Source: Eubacteriales bacterium
Lineage (GTDB): Bacteria; Bacillota; Clostridia; Oscillospirales; SIG627
Length of the DNA stretch: 64,000 nt
Assembly: GCA_045594565.1 (NCBI GenBank)
Contig: JAZNYT010000054.1
Location: 734-64,733 of the forward strand
Reading direction: 5' to 3'
The notes under the pieces were generated by a model. That model saw only the letters and a list, made by a program, of their open reading frames with translations. It made no database searches and was not told the origin of the DNA. Within the stretch, counting starts at the first letter, position 1. Each line of letters begins with the position of its first letter. Of this stretch, positions 45,161 through 55,724 are shown one piece after another. Made by a program: the position numbers and the translations under genes.

Positions 45161-46177
45161 ATGACAAAAATAAGAGCCGCTATTATAGGCTGCGGAACTA
45201 TTTTCCCAATGCACGCTTTAAGCTTGAAGGAGCTTGAAGAGGCAGAGCTTGTTGCAGTATGCGATGAGATAAAGGAAAGAGCCGAGGAAAAGGGTAAGGA
45301 ATTTAACGTGCCCTTTTACACCGACTATAAGGAAATGATAGAAAAAGAGAGGCTTCAGAGTGTACATATATGTCTTCCTCACTACCTTCACGCACCCGTT
45401 TCCCTTTACTGTCTTGAAAAGGGAATAAACGTAATATGCGAAAAGCCCATGGCTACAACCCTCGAGGATGGTGAAAAGCTTCTTGAAGCCGCAAAGAAAA
45501 ACTCCGTAGTTTACGCTTGTATTCTACAGTGCCGCTTCAGAAAATCTTGTATTGAAGTAAAGAAAGCCATAGAAGGCGGAAAGCTTGGGAAGATAAAGGG
45601 TGCAAAGTGCTACGTTACCTGGGACCGCTCACAAGCTTATTACGATGAAGCACCTTGGAGAGGAAAGCTTTATGAGGGTGGTGGCGGTGTACTTCTTAAT
45701 CAGGCTATACACACCGTTGATATGATGTGTTATCTCATAGGGGATAAGGTTAAGAATATTGACGCTACTGTTGCCACAAGGGGCAAGTGCAATATTGAAG
45801 TTGAGGATACGGTTGAAGGAATTATTGAATTTGAAAACGGCGTTCTTGCAAACTTTCACGCTATCAATTACTATTCCTCAAACTCATCTATATACATAGA
45901 GCTTGACTGCGAAAAGGGTACGGCTAAAATCTTCGCCTCCTCCGCCGTTATCGAGTATAAGGACGGTACAGTTGAAGCTATCGATGAGTCGGGTGAGCGC
46001 CAATATAAGTATAAAGGCGTTAAAAATTATTGGGGTACCTGCCACGGAAGTCAGATTGCCGATTTCTATAATCACATAATAACGGGCGCTCCTATGTATA
46101 TTCCTGCTGAAGCCGCACTTGAAACACATAAAATTGTTTGTGGAATCTATTCAAGCGGAAGAGCAAAAAATAAATAA
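45161..46177 (+). CDS. Gfo/Idh/MocA-family NAD(P)-dependent oxidoreductase
   Basis: 338 aa. Has an N-terminal Rossmann motif (IRAAIIGCGTI), the EKP motif (VICEKPMA) and a C-terminal alpha/beta domain. Confidence 0.85.
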   Translation: MTKIRAAIIGCGTIFPMHALSLKELEEAELVAVCDEIKERAEEKGKEFNVPFYTDYKEMIEKERLQSVHICLPHYLHAPVSLYCLEKGINVICEKPMATTLEDGEKLLEAAKKNSVVYACILQCRFRKSCIEVKKAIEGGKLGKIKGAKCYVTWDRSQAYYDEAPWRGKLYEGGGGVLLNQAIHTVDMMCYLIGDKVKNIDATVATRGKCNIEVEDTVEGIIEFENGVLANFHAINYYSSNSSIYIELDCEKGTAKIFASSAVIEYKDGTVEAIDESGERQYKYKGVKNYWGTCHGSQIADFYNHIITGAPMYIPAEAALETHKIVCGIYSSGRAKNK

Positions 46178-46189
46178 AAATAAAAAAGA

Positions 46190-46224
46190 CTGTAAAAACT
46201 CAAATCGAGTTTTTACAGTTTTTT
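46190..46224 (+). terminator. intrinsic terminator
   Basis: 12-bp stem ctgtaaaaactc/gagtttttacag with a 5-nt loop, then TTTTTT. Confidence 0.75.
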
Positions 46225-46350
46225 ACTTTGCAGGAAATTACAACTTTTAATGTAATGTTTTATTGAATGATTTCGGTAAATTTTCCTCAATATTCTCATT
46301 TTTATTTTAATAAAATCAAAGATGCTTTGATGTAAAAGTTTAGAGCTTAG

Positions 46351-46475
46351 AGTTATGAGAAAGCCTCCCGCTTTCGTTATGATATGATTGCTATTTAATT
46401 TCAGTGTTGCTTTGTCAACTAATAATTGTGCGAAGCACATCATAACTCATAACTTGCTGAACGGCAATCATAACT
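46351..46475. repeat. five copies of the 8-mer AGTTATGA/TCATAACT in a non-coding AT-rich gap
   Basis: Forward copies at 46351-46358 and (G)TTATGA at 46376-46382. Reverse copies at 46440-46447, 46447-46454 and 46468-46475. Confidence 0.6.
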
Positions 46476-46497
46476 AAAAAAGCACCAAAGTGCTTTT
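46476..46497 (-). terminator. intrinsic terminator of the ComEC-like/nitroreductase operon
   Basis: On the minus strand, directly after the stop codon: AGCAC-UUUG-GUGCU followed by UUUUUU. Confidence 0.6.
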
Positions 46498-47529
46498 TTA
46501 TGGTTTACACCTTGAACAAGCGCTGTAACCTGCCGCTTTTGCTTCAGCCTTTGTATCGAAGTATATTCTGTTATATTCCGCGGGAAGCGACGAGCAGGTC
46601 TCGCTGTGAAAGATATTGGATTTTACATTTCCGATGTATACGCCTTTTTCTTCCTTGTCGGGGACGGTGACACTCTTGTCGCTCGACCACTTTATTTCTT
46701 TTTTGTCGCTTGTGATGGTAATATCGCCCAGAAGGTCTGTGCGGAGTATCGTTGACTCAGCATCCTCGAAACGACTTATTACCTCCTCGTGAGGATGTCC
46801 GTAGCTATTGTCCGTTCCAACCGAAATCACTGCAACGGAGGGCATTGCCTCTCGGATAAATCTGTAGGAGGAGGATGTTTCGCTTCCGTGATGTCCCACC
46901 TTTAAAACGTCACAGGATAAGTCGGCAGAGGCATCGAGTAGGTCTCCTTCAACCACTCTTTCTGCATCTCCCATAAAGAGAAAGGAGTTTTCCCCGTGGG
47001 AAATCTTCACAACCACCGAGGTATTATTGGTGTCCTCGTATTCCAACATAGGCGAGAGTATCTCTACCTCTGCATCTCCCACGAGGAAGGTTTCTCCCGC
47101 AACGGGAAGGGTGAGCCCTCCTCCCTTCTCTTCGGCATATTTTTTGAAGCTTTCGAATGCCTTTGAGTCATATTCAAGTGTGGGAGATATGACTCTTCCC
47201 GCACTTGCCACATTCAAAGCGCCCGCGAGTCCGCCGATATGGTCTTCGTGGGCGTGGGTTCCTACTATAACGTCAATGAAATCTATTTCACGAGCCATAA
47301 GAATAGATGCGATTCTGCTTGAATCCTCCACGTTTCCGCCGTCGATGAGCATATAGTGTCCGTCGCAGGAAATCAGCGCCGAATCCGCCTGACCTACGTC
47401 GATAAACAGAACCTCAAGCGTAGATTCGGCTTCGGGTGGCGTGGGATTTTCTTTTTGAGGCACTTCCTTCTTACAGCCGGTCAGAATAAGAAGTACTGTG
47501 AGGATAAGTAAAAATATTCTTTTAGACAT
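46498..47529 (-). CDS. ComEC/Rec2-related MBL-fold hydrolase lipoprotein with C-terminal Ada-type zinc-binding motif
   Basis: 343 aa. Has a lipobox (LLILTGC), MBL motifs (HAHEDHIGG, VGHHGS) and a C-terminal FHSETCSS...YSACSRCKP cysteine cluster. Confidence 0.65.
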   Translation of the reverse strand: MSKRIFLLILTVLLILTGCKKEVPQKENPTPPEAESTLEVLFIDVGQADSALISCDGHYMLIDGGNVEDSSRIASILMAREIDFIDVIVGTHAHEDHIGGLAGALNVASAGRVISPTLEYDSKAFESFKKYAEEKGGGLTLPVAGETFLVGDAEVEILSPMLEYEDTNNTSVVVKISHGENSFLFMGDAERVVEGDLLDASADLSCDVLKVGHHGSETSSSYRFIREAMPSVAVISVGTDNSYGHPHEEVISRFEDAESTILRTDLLGDITITSDKKEIKWSSDKSVTVPDKEEKGVYIGNVKSNIFHSETCSSLPAEYNRIYFDTKAEAKAAGYSACSRCKP

Positions 47530-48041
47530 TAAATAAACTCCGCAAAGCTTTCAATTGCATTTCTTTCAAAATGACGGGGATTAGGCTCGCATTCGTCACT
47601 CTTGTAGCCGATGGGAAGAAGGCAGTAGGGCACGATGTTTTCGGGAAGTGAAAATGCCTTTTGTACTTTTTCTTTGTTGAAGGCGCATACCCATACCGAA
47701 TTTACTCCGAGACTTTCCGCTTCAAGCATCATATGGCAGGTAACGATAGCCGCATCAACGGGACCTGCGTGCCAGCCGTCGTTGTTTCTCGTCCATGCAA
47801 CGTTTTTGTCAGCACAAATCATTATTACCTGAGGCGCATTGTAGGCGCTGGGGGTAATTTCACGTATCTTTCCGATGCTTTCCTCCGATTCGAGAACGAA
47901 TATTCTTTGAGGCTGCATATTCTTGGCGGTAGGCGCAACGCGAGCTGCCTCAAGTATCTTTTCTATCTTTTCCTTTTCAACCGGTGTGGATTTAAAATCT
48001 CTCACCGAATATCTTTCCTTCAAAAGCGGTAAAATATCCAT
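47529..48041 (-). CDS. nitroreductase-family protein
   Basis: 170 aa. RYSVRDFKSTPV...ILEAARVAPTAKNMQPQRI is the classic FMN-nitroreductase N-terminus. Confidence 0.85.
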   Translation of the reverse strand: MDILPLLKERYSVRDFKSTPVEKEKIEKILEAARVAPTAKNMQPQRIFVLESEESIGKIREITPSAYNAPQVIMICADKNVAWTRNNDGWHAGPVDAAIVTCHMMLEAESLGVNSVWVCAFNKEKVQKAFSLPENIVPYCLLPIGYKSDECEPNPRHFERNAIESFAEFI

Positions 48042-48132
48042 AAAAGCTCTCCTTGTATCTTGTTTTTTATTTAAATTATTCTAGCATATTTTCCTTTTCT
48101 TGTCAAACTGTAAAAAAGTTCACACAATGTAC

Positions 48133-48161
48133 TTGTAAAGATGAAAAAAATATATTATAAT
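48133..48161 (+). promoter_or_regulatory. sigma-A-type promoter
   Basis: TTGTAA (48133-48138), 17-nt spacer, TATAAT (48156-48161). Lies about 30 nt upstream of the TIGR01440 gene. Confidence 0.5.
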
Positions 48162-48192
48162 ATGTATAACTATTTTCTGAAAGAAGGACAGT

Positions 48193-48747
48193 ATGATGAT
48201 AGAACAGATTAAAAAAGAAGCGAGAACGGCACTTGAAGAGCTTTTTCAGGTAGCGGCTCTCGAAAAGGACGATATAGTTGTTATAGGATGTTCCACAAGT
48301 GAGGTTATGGGAGAAAAGGTAGGTACCTTTTCCTCTCTCGACGTTGGACGAGCCCTTGTTGATACTCTTTACCCTATGATAAAGGAGAGAGGTCTCTATA
48401 TGGCGGCGCAGTGTTGTGAGCACCTTAATCGCTCTGTAATTATTGAGAAGAGCGCGGTAAGACTCTGGGGGCTTGAAAGAGTGAACGTTAAGCCTCAGCT
48501 TCATGCAGGAGGCGCTTTCGCCATGTCTCTCTGGGATACTCTTGATGAGCCTGTTGCAGTAGAAAAGGTATCTGCGGCGGCAGGTATTGACATCGGCTCT
48601 GTGCTTATCGGTATGCAGCTGCGTCCCGTTGCCGTGCCTGTAAGAATGAGTATTAACACCATTGGTAAGGCAAGACTTACTGCGGCACGTACACGCCCCA
48701 GATTTGTTGGAGGAGAACGTGCACTTTACGTTGACGAATTGAGGTAA
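48193..48747 (+). CDS. TIGR01440 (DUF436) family protein
   Basis: 184 aa. IVVIGCSTSEVMGEKVGT...AAQCCEHLNR is the pattern I associate with TIGR01440. Confidence 0.65.
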   Translation: MMIEQIKKEARTALEELFQVAALEKDDIVVIGCSTSEVMGEKVGTFSSLDVGRALVDTLYPMIKERGLYMAAQCCEHLNRSVIIEKSAVRLWGLERVNVKPQLHAGGAFAMSLWDTLDEPVAVEKVSAAAGIDIGSVLIGMQLRPVAVPVRMSINTIGKARLTAARTRPRFVGGERALYVDELR

Positions 48748-48751
48748 ATAA

Positions 48752-49714
48752 ATGAAAATTTCAGTACTTGGTTCAGGAAGATGGGGTACCTTCATTGCTT
48801 GGTATCTTTCTCTTATGGACGAGACTGTTCTTTGGGGCAGAGAAAGCTCAAAAGGCTTTCAGGCTCTGAAGAACGAGCGCACCAACGGAACGGTTACCCT
48901 TGGGGAGCGCACTATTTTGACTTCTGATATAAACGAAGCGCTTAAAAACGATACTATCGTTATATCTATTCCCAGCCAGGAGCTTCGCGGCTTTGCCACA
49001 GAGCTTTCCGAAATTGCGGGCGACAGACACCGCCGCTTTATCCTTTGCATGAAGGGACTTGAGGATGGTACGGGCAAAAGACTTACAGAGGTCTTCCGAG
49101 AATCCTATAAGAACAGTTACGACGTGGCAGTCTGGGTAGGTCCCGGACACGCGGAGGACTTTGTTCAGGCTATCCCAAACTGTATGCTTATCGACTCCGA
49201 AAACAAAAGCTTCAAGGAGGGACTGGCTTCGGTATTGTCAAGCTCTCTTATTCGCTTTTACTACGGAAACGACCTTGTAGGCACAGAGGTGGGAGCAGCC
49301 TCCAAGAACGTTATAGGAATTGCTGCGGGAATGCTTGACGGACTGGGCATATCCTCCCTCAAGGGTGCTCTTATGGCGAGAGGTGCGGGAGAGATATCAA
49401 GGCTCATCGACGCTATGGGAGGGGACAGGCTCTCCGCCTACGGACTCTCTCATCTGGGCGACTATGAAGCCACTGTCTTTTCAAAGCATTCTCATAACAG
49501 AGCCTTCGGTGAAAGTCTCGTCAGAGGTGAAAAATTTGAAAAGCTTGCAGAGGGAGTATCTACCTGCCGTGCCATAATGAAGCTTTCGGAAGATTATAAC
49601 GTTGAGCTTCCCATATGCCGCGCGGTATATCAGGTGATTTTTGAAAATGCAGACCCCCAGAAAACTTTGAATTCACTGTTTTCAAGGGATATAAAAAGTG
49701 AATTTAACGGCTGA
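48752..49714 (+). CDS. gpsA: NAD(P)H-dependent glycerol-3-phosphate dehydrogenase
   Basis: 320 aa. Motifs: [13 protein letters not shown] Rossmann motif, [26 protein letters not shown]. Confidence 0.85.
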   Translation: MKISVLGSGRWGTFIAWYLSLMDETVLWGRESSKGFQALKNERTNGTVTLGERTILTSDINEALKNDTIVISIPSQELRGFATELSEIAGDRHRRFILCMKGLEDGTGKRLTEVFRESYKNSYDVAVWVGPGHAEDFVQAIPNCMLIDSENKSFKEGLASVLSSSLIRFYYGNDLVGTEVGAASKNVIGIAAGMLDGLGISSLKGALMARGAGEISRLIDAMGGDRLSAYGLSHLGDYEATVFSKHSHNRAFGESLVRGEKFEKLAEGVSTCRAIMKLSEDYNVELPICRAVYQVIFENADPQKTLNSLFSRDIKSEFNG

Positions 49715-49725
49715 AAGGACTAAAA

Positions 49726-52482
49726 ATGGGACTTATTACAAAGATATTCGGCACACACAGCGACCGTGAAATAAAGAGAATTATGTCGACCGTTGACAGA
49801 ATCGAGGCTATGGCAGAAAAGTATTCTGCCATGACCGACGATGAGCTGAAGTCGCAGACAGAGGTACTGAAAAAGAGACTTGCCGACGGCGAAACTCTTG
49901 ACGATATACTTCCCGAAGCCTTTGCGACGGTGAGGGAGGCGTCAACGAGAGTGCTTGGTAAACGCCACTACAGAGTTCAGCTTATAGGCGGTATAATTAT
50001 CCATCAAGGCAGAATTGCCGAAATGAGAACGGGTGAAGGTAAGACTCTTGTGGCAACACTCCCCGCATACCTCAACGCCCTTTCGGGCAAGGGTGTTCAT
50101 ATCGTTACCGTCAACGACTATCTTGCAAAGCGTGACAGTGAGTGGATGGGTAAGATATATAACTTTCTCGGACTTTCTGTCGGACTTGTAGTTCACGGAC
50201 AGGAGTCGGAGGAGAAGCACAAGGCATACAATGCCGACATAACTTATGGTACAAATAACGAGTTCGGCTTCGACTACCTTCGTGATAATCTTGTTATTTA
50301 CAAGGAGGACAAGGTACAGAGAGGTCATAACTTCGCCATTGTGGACGAGGTTGACTCTATACTTATAGACGAGGCAAGAACGCCTCTTATCATTTCGGGT
50401 CAGGGCGAGAAGTCCACAGAGCTTTACGCCGTTGTCAACGCCTTTGCAAAGACTCTCAAATCCTTTAAGATAAAAGAGGCAAACGACAAGGAGATTGACG
50501 AAAATCTTGATAATAACTACGACTATATAATCGACGAAAAGGCGAATAACGCCACCCTTACCGCAAGAGGTGTCAGACGTGTTGAGGAGCAGTTTGGTAT
50601 AGAAAACTTTGCCGACCCCGAAAACGCATCCCTTGCCCACCACGTAAATCAGGCCATCCGTGCCCTCGGCACCATGAAGCGTGACGTTGACTACGTGGTA
50701 AAGGACAATCAGGTCATAATCGTCGATGCATTTACCGGAAGACTTATGCCGGGCAGACGTTATTCCGACGGTCTTCATCAGGCGATAGAAGCAAAGGAAA
50801 ACGTAAAGGTAGAGCACGAGTCAAAGACTCTTGCAACCATAACCTTCCAGAATTTTTTCAGGCTCTACTCAAAGCTTTCGGGTATGACGGGTACAGCGCT
50901 CACCGAAGAAGCGGAGTTCCGCGAGATATACAATCTTGACGTTATCGTAATCCCTACGAATAAGCCTATGATAAGACAGGATGCCGAGGACAGAGTATTT
51001 AAAAATTCGAAGGGCAAGATCGAGGCGATAGTAAAACAGATTGAAGAGTGTCACAAGAAGGGCCAGCCCGTTCTTGTGGGTACTGTTTCCATCGATAAAT
51101 CCGAGGAGCTCTCCAAGATACTTTCAAAGAGAGGTATTCCTCACAGCGTCCTCAATGCCAAATTCCACGAAAAGGAAGCGGAGATAATAGCGCAGGCAGG
51201 TAAGTTCGGTGCAGTCACCATTTCCACCAATATGGCTGGACGAGGTACCGATATTATGCTTGGCGGTAACCCTGAATTTCTTGCAAAGAACAAGCTTCGT
51301 CTTGAGGGCGTTTCGGAGGAGCTTATCGTGCTTGCGGATACAGTTACCGATACCGATAACTCCGAAATAATCGAGGTAAGACGACGTTATAACGAGCTTG
51401 TTGCCGAGTATGAGAAGGAGATACTTCCCGAAAGAGAAAAGGTAGTTGAGGCGGGAGGACTTTATATTCTCGGCACAGAGCGACACGAGTCGAGAAGAAT
51501 AGACAATCAGCTTCGAGGCCGTGCAGGACGACAGGGTGACAGAGGTGCATCTGCATTCTATCTTTCCCTTGACGATGACCTTATGCGTCTTTTCGGAGGC
51601 GACAGAATAGTTGGCGTTGTAGACAGACTCGGACTTCCCGATGATGAGCCGATAGATGCTAAAATTTTATCAAACACAATAGAAAATGCACAGAAGCGAC
51701 TTGAAGGACAGAACTTTGCAAGACGCCGTAACGTGCTTATGTACGATAACGTAATGAGTGAACAGAGAAGCGTTATCTACAAGGAAAGAGGCGAGGTGCT
51801 TGACGGTCTTGACCTTACCGATAAGATAAGGTCTATGATGCACTCTATGATAAAAACAAAGGTTCATGAGTGTATGGCAGCTGACTCTCCCGATGATTGG
51901 AATCTGGACGAGCTTCGCCGCACCTTCTTCGGACTCTTCACAAAGGATGACGACTTCCGTGAAACGGGAGACGCCCTTGATGAGCTTTCGGCGGACAAGG
52001 TAACGGCAATGCTTACCGAGCGCGCAGACAAGCTCTATGCAGAAAAGACCGAAATGATGGGCGAGGAGGTTATGCGCGAAGCAGAGCGTGTAATTCTTCT
52101 CCGTAACGTTGACCGCAAGTGGATGGCACACATCGATGCAATGGATGCTTTACAGAGCACCATAAGACTTCAGGCGTACGGTCAGCGTGACCCTGTAAGA
52201 GAATATAAAATCGTTGGCTCGGATATGTTTGACGAGATGACCGACGAAATAAGATGCGATACCGTTAGAGCGCTTCTGTCCCTACAGCCCAGAGCCGAGA
52301 TAAAGCGTGAAAATCAAGTGAAGATTACAGGTGCATCCCATGGCGGTGATGCATCCCCTGTAAGACGTGCGCCTGTCAGAAAGACCGAAAGTGAAAAGGT
52401 TGGCAGAAACGATACCTGTTCCTGCGGAAGCGGACTGAAGTATAAAAAATGCTGCGGTAAGAACGAGTCTTCTGCCGAGTGA
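49726..52482 (+). CDS. secA: preprotein translocase ATPase SecA
   Basis: 918 aa. Motifs: [14 protein letters not shown] Walker [30 protein letters not shown]. Has the C-terminal zinc finger [14 protein letters not shown]. Confidence 0.97.
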   Translation: MGLITKIFGTHSDREIKRIMSTVDRIEAMAEKYSAMTDDELKSQTEVLKKRLADGETLDDILPEAFATVREASTRVLGKRHYRVQLIGGIIIHQGRIAEMRTGEGKTLVATLPAYLNALSGKGVHIVTVNDYLAKRDSEWMGKIYNFLGLSVGLVVHGQESEEKHKAYNADITYGTNNEFGFDYLRDNLVIYKEDKVQRGHNFAIVDEVDSILIDEARTPLIISGQGEKSTELYAVVNAFAKTLKSFKIKEANDKEIDENLDNNYDYIIDEKANNATLTARGVRRVEEQFGIENFADPENASLAHHVNQAIRALGTMKRDVDYVVKDNQVIIVDAFTGRLMPGRRYSDGLHQAIEAKENVKVEHESKTLATITFQNFFRLYSKLSGMTGTALTEEAEFREIYNLDVIVIPTNKPMIRQDAEDRVFKNSKGKIEAIVKQIEECHKKGQPVLVGTVSIDKSEELSKILSKRGIPHSVLNAKFHEKEAEIIAQAGKFGAVTISTNMAGRGTDIMLGGNPEFLAKNKLRLEGVSEELIVLADTVTDTDNSEIIEVRRRYNELVAEYEKEILPEREKVVEAGGLYILGTERHESRRIDNQLRGRAGRQGDRGASAFYLSLDDDLMRLFGGDRIVGVVDRLGLPDDEPIDAKILSNTIENAQKRLEGQNFARRRNVLMYDNVMSEQRSVIYKERGEVLDGLDLTDKIRSMMHSMIKTKVHECMAADSPDDWNLDELRRTFFGLFTKDDDFRETGDALDELSADKVTAMLTERADKLYAEKTEMMGEEVMREAERVILLRNVDRKWMAHIDAMDALQSTIRLQAYGQRDPVREYKIVGSDMFDEMTDEIRCDTVRALLSLQPRAEIKRENQVKITGASHGGDASPVRRAPVRKTESEKVGRNDTCSCGSGLKYKKCCGKNESSAE

Positions 52483-52493
52483 AAGGAGTAAAA

Positions 52494-53741
52494 ATGCGTT
52501 TTCCACTGATACTGTGCGGATTTATATTTATAGTATCTCCCGATATCAGTATTTTCGATTTTCTCCCCGACGTAATAGGCTGGTTTCTTATCGTACTTGG
52601 AATTACCCCTCTTGCAGATATTGAAATGAGGGCAGAGGACGCTAAGGTCCTTGCCCTCAGAATGATGCTTTTTTCAGCGGTGAAAACGGTGCTTTCGTTA
52701 TTTACCTTCCGCTTTGGCACCGCCGATATGCTCCTTGTGACCTTTTCTTATTCACTTGTTGAGCTTATAACGGTAATTCCATTTACCACAAACCTTTATA
52801 CTGCCATCGACTTTTCGTCGATGCGCCTTGGTGTGAAGCTTGACTCCGATAAGATAAACTCAGTCAGATGGTTTACCTACGTGTTCTTCTTCTTAAAGAA
52901 TGCATTTGCCTTTTTGCCTGCCACCGTTGCCTTTTTTGATACCGAATCAACGGGTGAACTTTCGGCAACTACCTGGTTTATAGATTTCGAGGCGGCAATG
53001 AGAGTACTTATGGTTCTTGCATTCTTCCTGTCCGTCGTCCTGTCGGTTGCAGGAATATGCTATATAAGTCCCTTCTTTGCAAGGCTTAACAAAAACAAAG
53101 AGCTGATTATTGCTATGCGACAGTGCAGAGAGGAAACGGTTCTTTCAAAGCCAAACGTTATGATAAAGAAGAATACCGGCTTCGTGCTTACTTATTTTTC
53201 CTTTGCACTTCTCTTCTTTTTCGATTTTTATCTTGATTCTATCGACGTGCTTCCCACGTTTGTAGGGTTCTTTTTGGTGATGATAGCGGCATTCTTCATG
53301 AAAAAGCGAATGGGAGTGAAAGCCACCGCTCTTACGGTTGTATCTCTAACGGGCTTTGCCGTATCACTTCTTACCGCCGTCTATAAATACTATCACAGCG
53401 CAAGGGTTAAGTTCGTTGTGGATTACGCTTTCACGTCAAAAACCTTTACTGTTCCCTTATCCCTCATTACTGCAATCTTTACGGCGGCTGTGATATTTCT
53501 TATTTTCAGGACCGCAGGAGAATTCAATAAGGAATACACCAAGACGAAGCTTGACGAGAGTATATCTCTCTTTATGGTAGGCGGTGTGGTAGAGTCATTT
53601 TTCGGATTTGTGCTTTACGCCTTTCCCAAGCTTAATACCACCTTCGTTTTTCCGTCTCTCATTTTCGGAGCATTCTTTTTACCAATGTCTATGGGATATA
53701 TTTTAAAGTTAAAAAAACAGATTTCTAAAGATAACAGATAG
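52494..53741 (+). CDS. polytopic membrane protein of unknown function
   Basis: From ORF 52479..53741. ATG 52494 lies 6 nt after AAAGGAG, which overlaps the secA stop. There are at least 10 hydrophobic segments, and I recognise no motif. Confidence 0.5.
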   Translation: MRFPLILCGFIFIVSPDISIFDFLPDVIGWFLIVLGITPLADIEMRAEDAKVLALRMMLFSAVKTVLSLFTFRFGTADMLLVTFSYSLVELITVIPFTTNLYTAIDFSSMRLGVKLDSDKINSVRWFTYVFFFLKNAFAFLPATVAFFDTESTGELSATTWFIDFEAAMRVLMVLAFFLSVVLSVAGICYISPFFARLNKNKELIIAMRQCREETVLSKPNVMIKKNTGFVLTYFSFALLFFFDFYLDSIDVLPTFVGFFLVMIAAFFMKKRMGVKATALTVVSLTGFAVSLLTAVYKYYHSARVKFVVDYAFTSKTFTVPLSLITAIFTAAVIFLIFRTAGEFNKEYTKTKLDESISLFMVGGVVESFFGFVLYAFPKLNTTFVFPSLIFGAFFLPMSMGYILKLKKQISKDNR

Positions 53742-53752
53742 GAGACAATACC

Positions 53753-55603
53753 GTGTGCGGCTTTGTTGGAATGTTTAAAAATACTCCTCTCGACGAGGAG
53801 TCGATAAAACTTGTTGAAAAAATGTCGGAGACCATCGACTACAGAGGTCCCGACGAGGGCAAAATGCTTTTCTTCGAAAAGCTTGCCATTGCTTTCAGAA
53901 GACTCAGTATCATCGATCTTGAAAAGGGAAGTCAGCCCTTCGAATACGGTGAACGCTTCGTCGGACTTTTCAACGGCGAAATATATAACTACCGAGAGCT
54001 CCGTGCAGAGCTTCAGAAAAAAGGCTTTGAGTTCAAAACCAATTCTGAAATTGAGGTAATGCTTACCCTTTACAGCGTTGAGGGGGAAGGGTTTATAAAT
54101 AAGCTTCGCGGAATGTTTGCATTTTCTTTTTACGATAAGGAAAAGAACACACTTATGCTTGGGCGCGACCCCTTCGGTATAAAGCCTCTTTACTATATCG
54201 AGCGTGAGGGACAGATTCTCTTCTCATCCGAGTCAAAGGCTTTTTACAACGACCCTGCCCTTGACACAACGCTCATCGATGAAGAAAAGCTTCAGCACTA
54301 CTTTACTTATCAGTATATTCCCGAGCCATCAACTCTCCATCCCGAAATTAAGATACTTCCTGCAGGCTCTTTTGCTTTTATTGATTTTGAATCACAAAAG
54401 CCGTTGAGAATAGAAAAATATTATACCCCCATGTTCACGCCAAGGAAAGCCGATGACTTTGAAAAGAGAGCGGCAGAGCTTCGTGAGGTGGTTGAAACAA
54501 GCGTTAAATATCATATGATAAGCGACGTTGACGTGGGTACCTTCCTGTCGGGTGGTATCGACTCCGCAGTCATCACCGCAACCGCAAGTAAGCTCAACCC
54601 GGGCATCAAAGCCTTTACCGTTGCATTTGGTGAAAAGGAATACTCAGAAATAAACGAGGCAGAGGGCATTGCAAAGCATCTTGACGTTGAGCATATAAAG
54701 CTTGTGGCGGGGCTTGAAGATTTCAAACGTGCCTTTGACAAGGTGGTATATCACCTTGATTTTCCCGTTGCCGACCCTTCTACTATGGCTATCTACCTCA
54801 TCTGCGAGGAAGCGGCAAGACATCTTAAGGTTGTGCTTTCGGGAGAAGGCTCGGATGAACTTTTCGGAGGCTATAAGGTGTACGGCGAGACCGTTACCTC
54901 CGATAAGATAAACGCACTCCCGAGCTTTATAAAAGCGCCTCTTTCGGGAATTTCCAAAATTATGCCCGAGGGTATGAAGGGTAAGGCACTCCTTTACAGA
55001 GGAACAACTCCTCTTGAGAAGAGATACGTTGGTAACGCCTTTATCTTTGATGAAAAATCTAAAAAGAAGATTCTCAAGACCGCATCGGATAGTGTCCATT
55101 TTTCCGATTTGACACAGGATATTTACAGCGACGTTGCGGGACTTCCGGGCATTACCAAGATGCAGTACGTGGATATGAACACTTGGCTGAGAGGTGATAT
55201 TCTCGTTAAGGGCGACAGACTCAGTATGGCGCACTCGCTTGAGGTGAGAGTGCCCTTCCTCGATAAAGAGGTATTCAGCCTTGCAAGCCAGCTTGCTACC
55301 GAGGAGAAGCTTTCACACGGTACGACAAAATACATCTTCCGTCACGCCTTCCGTGACCTTGTAAATCCCGAAACCGTAATGCGCCCCAAGCTCGGTTATC
55401 CTGTACCCGTCCGTAAATGGCTTAAAAATGAGCTTTACGACTGGGCAAAGGACATAATCGTAAATTCTACCGCTACCGATTATATAGACACCGCAGAAGC
55501 GCTCCGCCTTCTTGATGCACACAGAGAGGGCAGGGAGGACAACTACCGCAAGCTGTGGGTAGTGCTTGTGTTTATCAAGTGGTACAGTTTATTTGTTGGA
55601 TGA
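53753..55603 (+). CDS. asnB: asparagine synthase (glutamine-hydrolysing)
   Basis: 616 aa. GTG start giving Met-Cys2 (MCGFVGMF), the Ntn amidotransferase nucleophile. SGGIDS PP-loop motif at FLSGGIDSAV. Confidence 0.9.
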   Translation: MCGFVGMFKNTPLDEESIKLVEKMSETIDYRGPDEGKMLFFEKLAIAFRRLSIIDLEKGSQPFEYGERFVGLFNGEIYNYRELRAELQKKGFEFKTNSEIEVMLTLYSVEGEGFINKLRGMFAFSFYDKEKNTLMLGRDPFGIKPLYYIEREGQILFSSESKAFYNDPALDTTLIDEEKLQHYFTYQYIPEPSTLHPEIKILPAGSFAFIDFESQKPLRIEKYYTPMFTPRKADDFEKRAAELREVVETSVKYHMISDVDVGTFLSGGIDSAVITATASKLNPGIKAFTVAFGEKEYSEINEAEGIAKHLDVEHIKLVAGLEDFKRAFDKVVYHLDFPVADPSTMAIYLICEEAARHLKVVLSGEGSDELFGGYKVYGETVTSDKINALPSFIKAPLSGISKIMPEGMKGKALLYRGTTPLEKRYVGNAFIFDEKSKKKILKTASDSVHFSDLTQDIYSDVAGLPGITKMQYVDMNTWLRGDILVKGDRLSMAHSLEVRVPFLDKEVFSLASQLATEEKLSHGTTKYIFRHAFRDLVNPETVMRPKLGYPVPVRKWLKNELYDWAKDIIVNSTATDYIDTAEALRLLDAHREGREDNYRKLWVVLVFIKWYSLFVG

Positions 55604-55663
55604 TTTAATATTGAATAATTGAGGAAAATTTGCCTTTTTTGAAATTTATAATTGATTATATTT

Positions 55664-55698
55664 AAGGGGGAGTGCTTTTCATAAAAGCACTCCCCCTT
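55664..55698. terminator. strong hairpin between convergent genes
   Basis: Perfect 16-bp stem aagggggagtgctttt/aaaagcactccccctt with a 3-nt loop. There is no clear external U-tract. Confidence 0.5.
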
Positions 55699-55724
55699 AA
55701 AAATTTGGGAAAACTAAAATCAAC

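Noticed and set aside
46213-46443. A 76-aa ORF on the minus strand in the AT-rich gap.
   Set aside because: It has no RBS and gives a low-complexity Lys/Ile/Leu-rich translation typical of AT-rich non-coding DNA. It runs into the terminator of the upstream plus-strand gene.
49942-50817. A long antisense ORF inside secA. Similar antisense ORFs occur at 48103..48795, 37130..37897, 19200..19763, 7759..8466, 39505..40032, 41536..42213 and 32534..33079.
   Set aside because: Each lies entirely within, and opposite to, a gene with strong family motifs. Their translations are low-complexity or motif-free. The pair in the duplicated genes is simply duplicated along with the sense gene.
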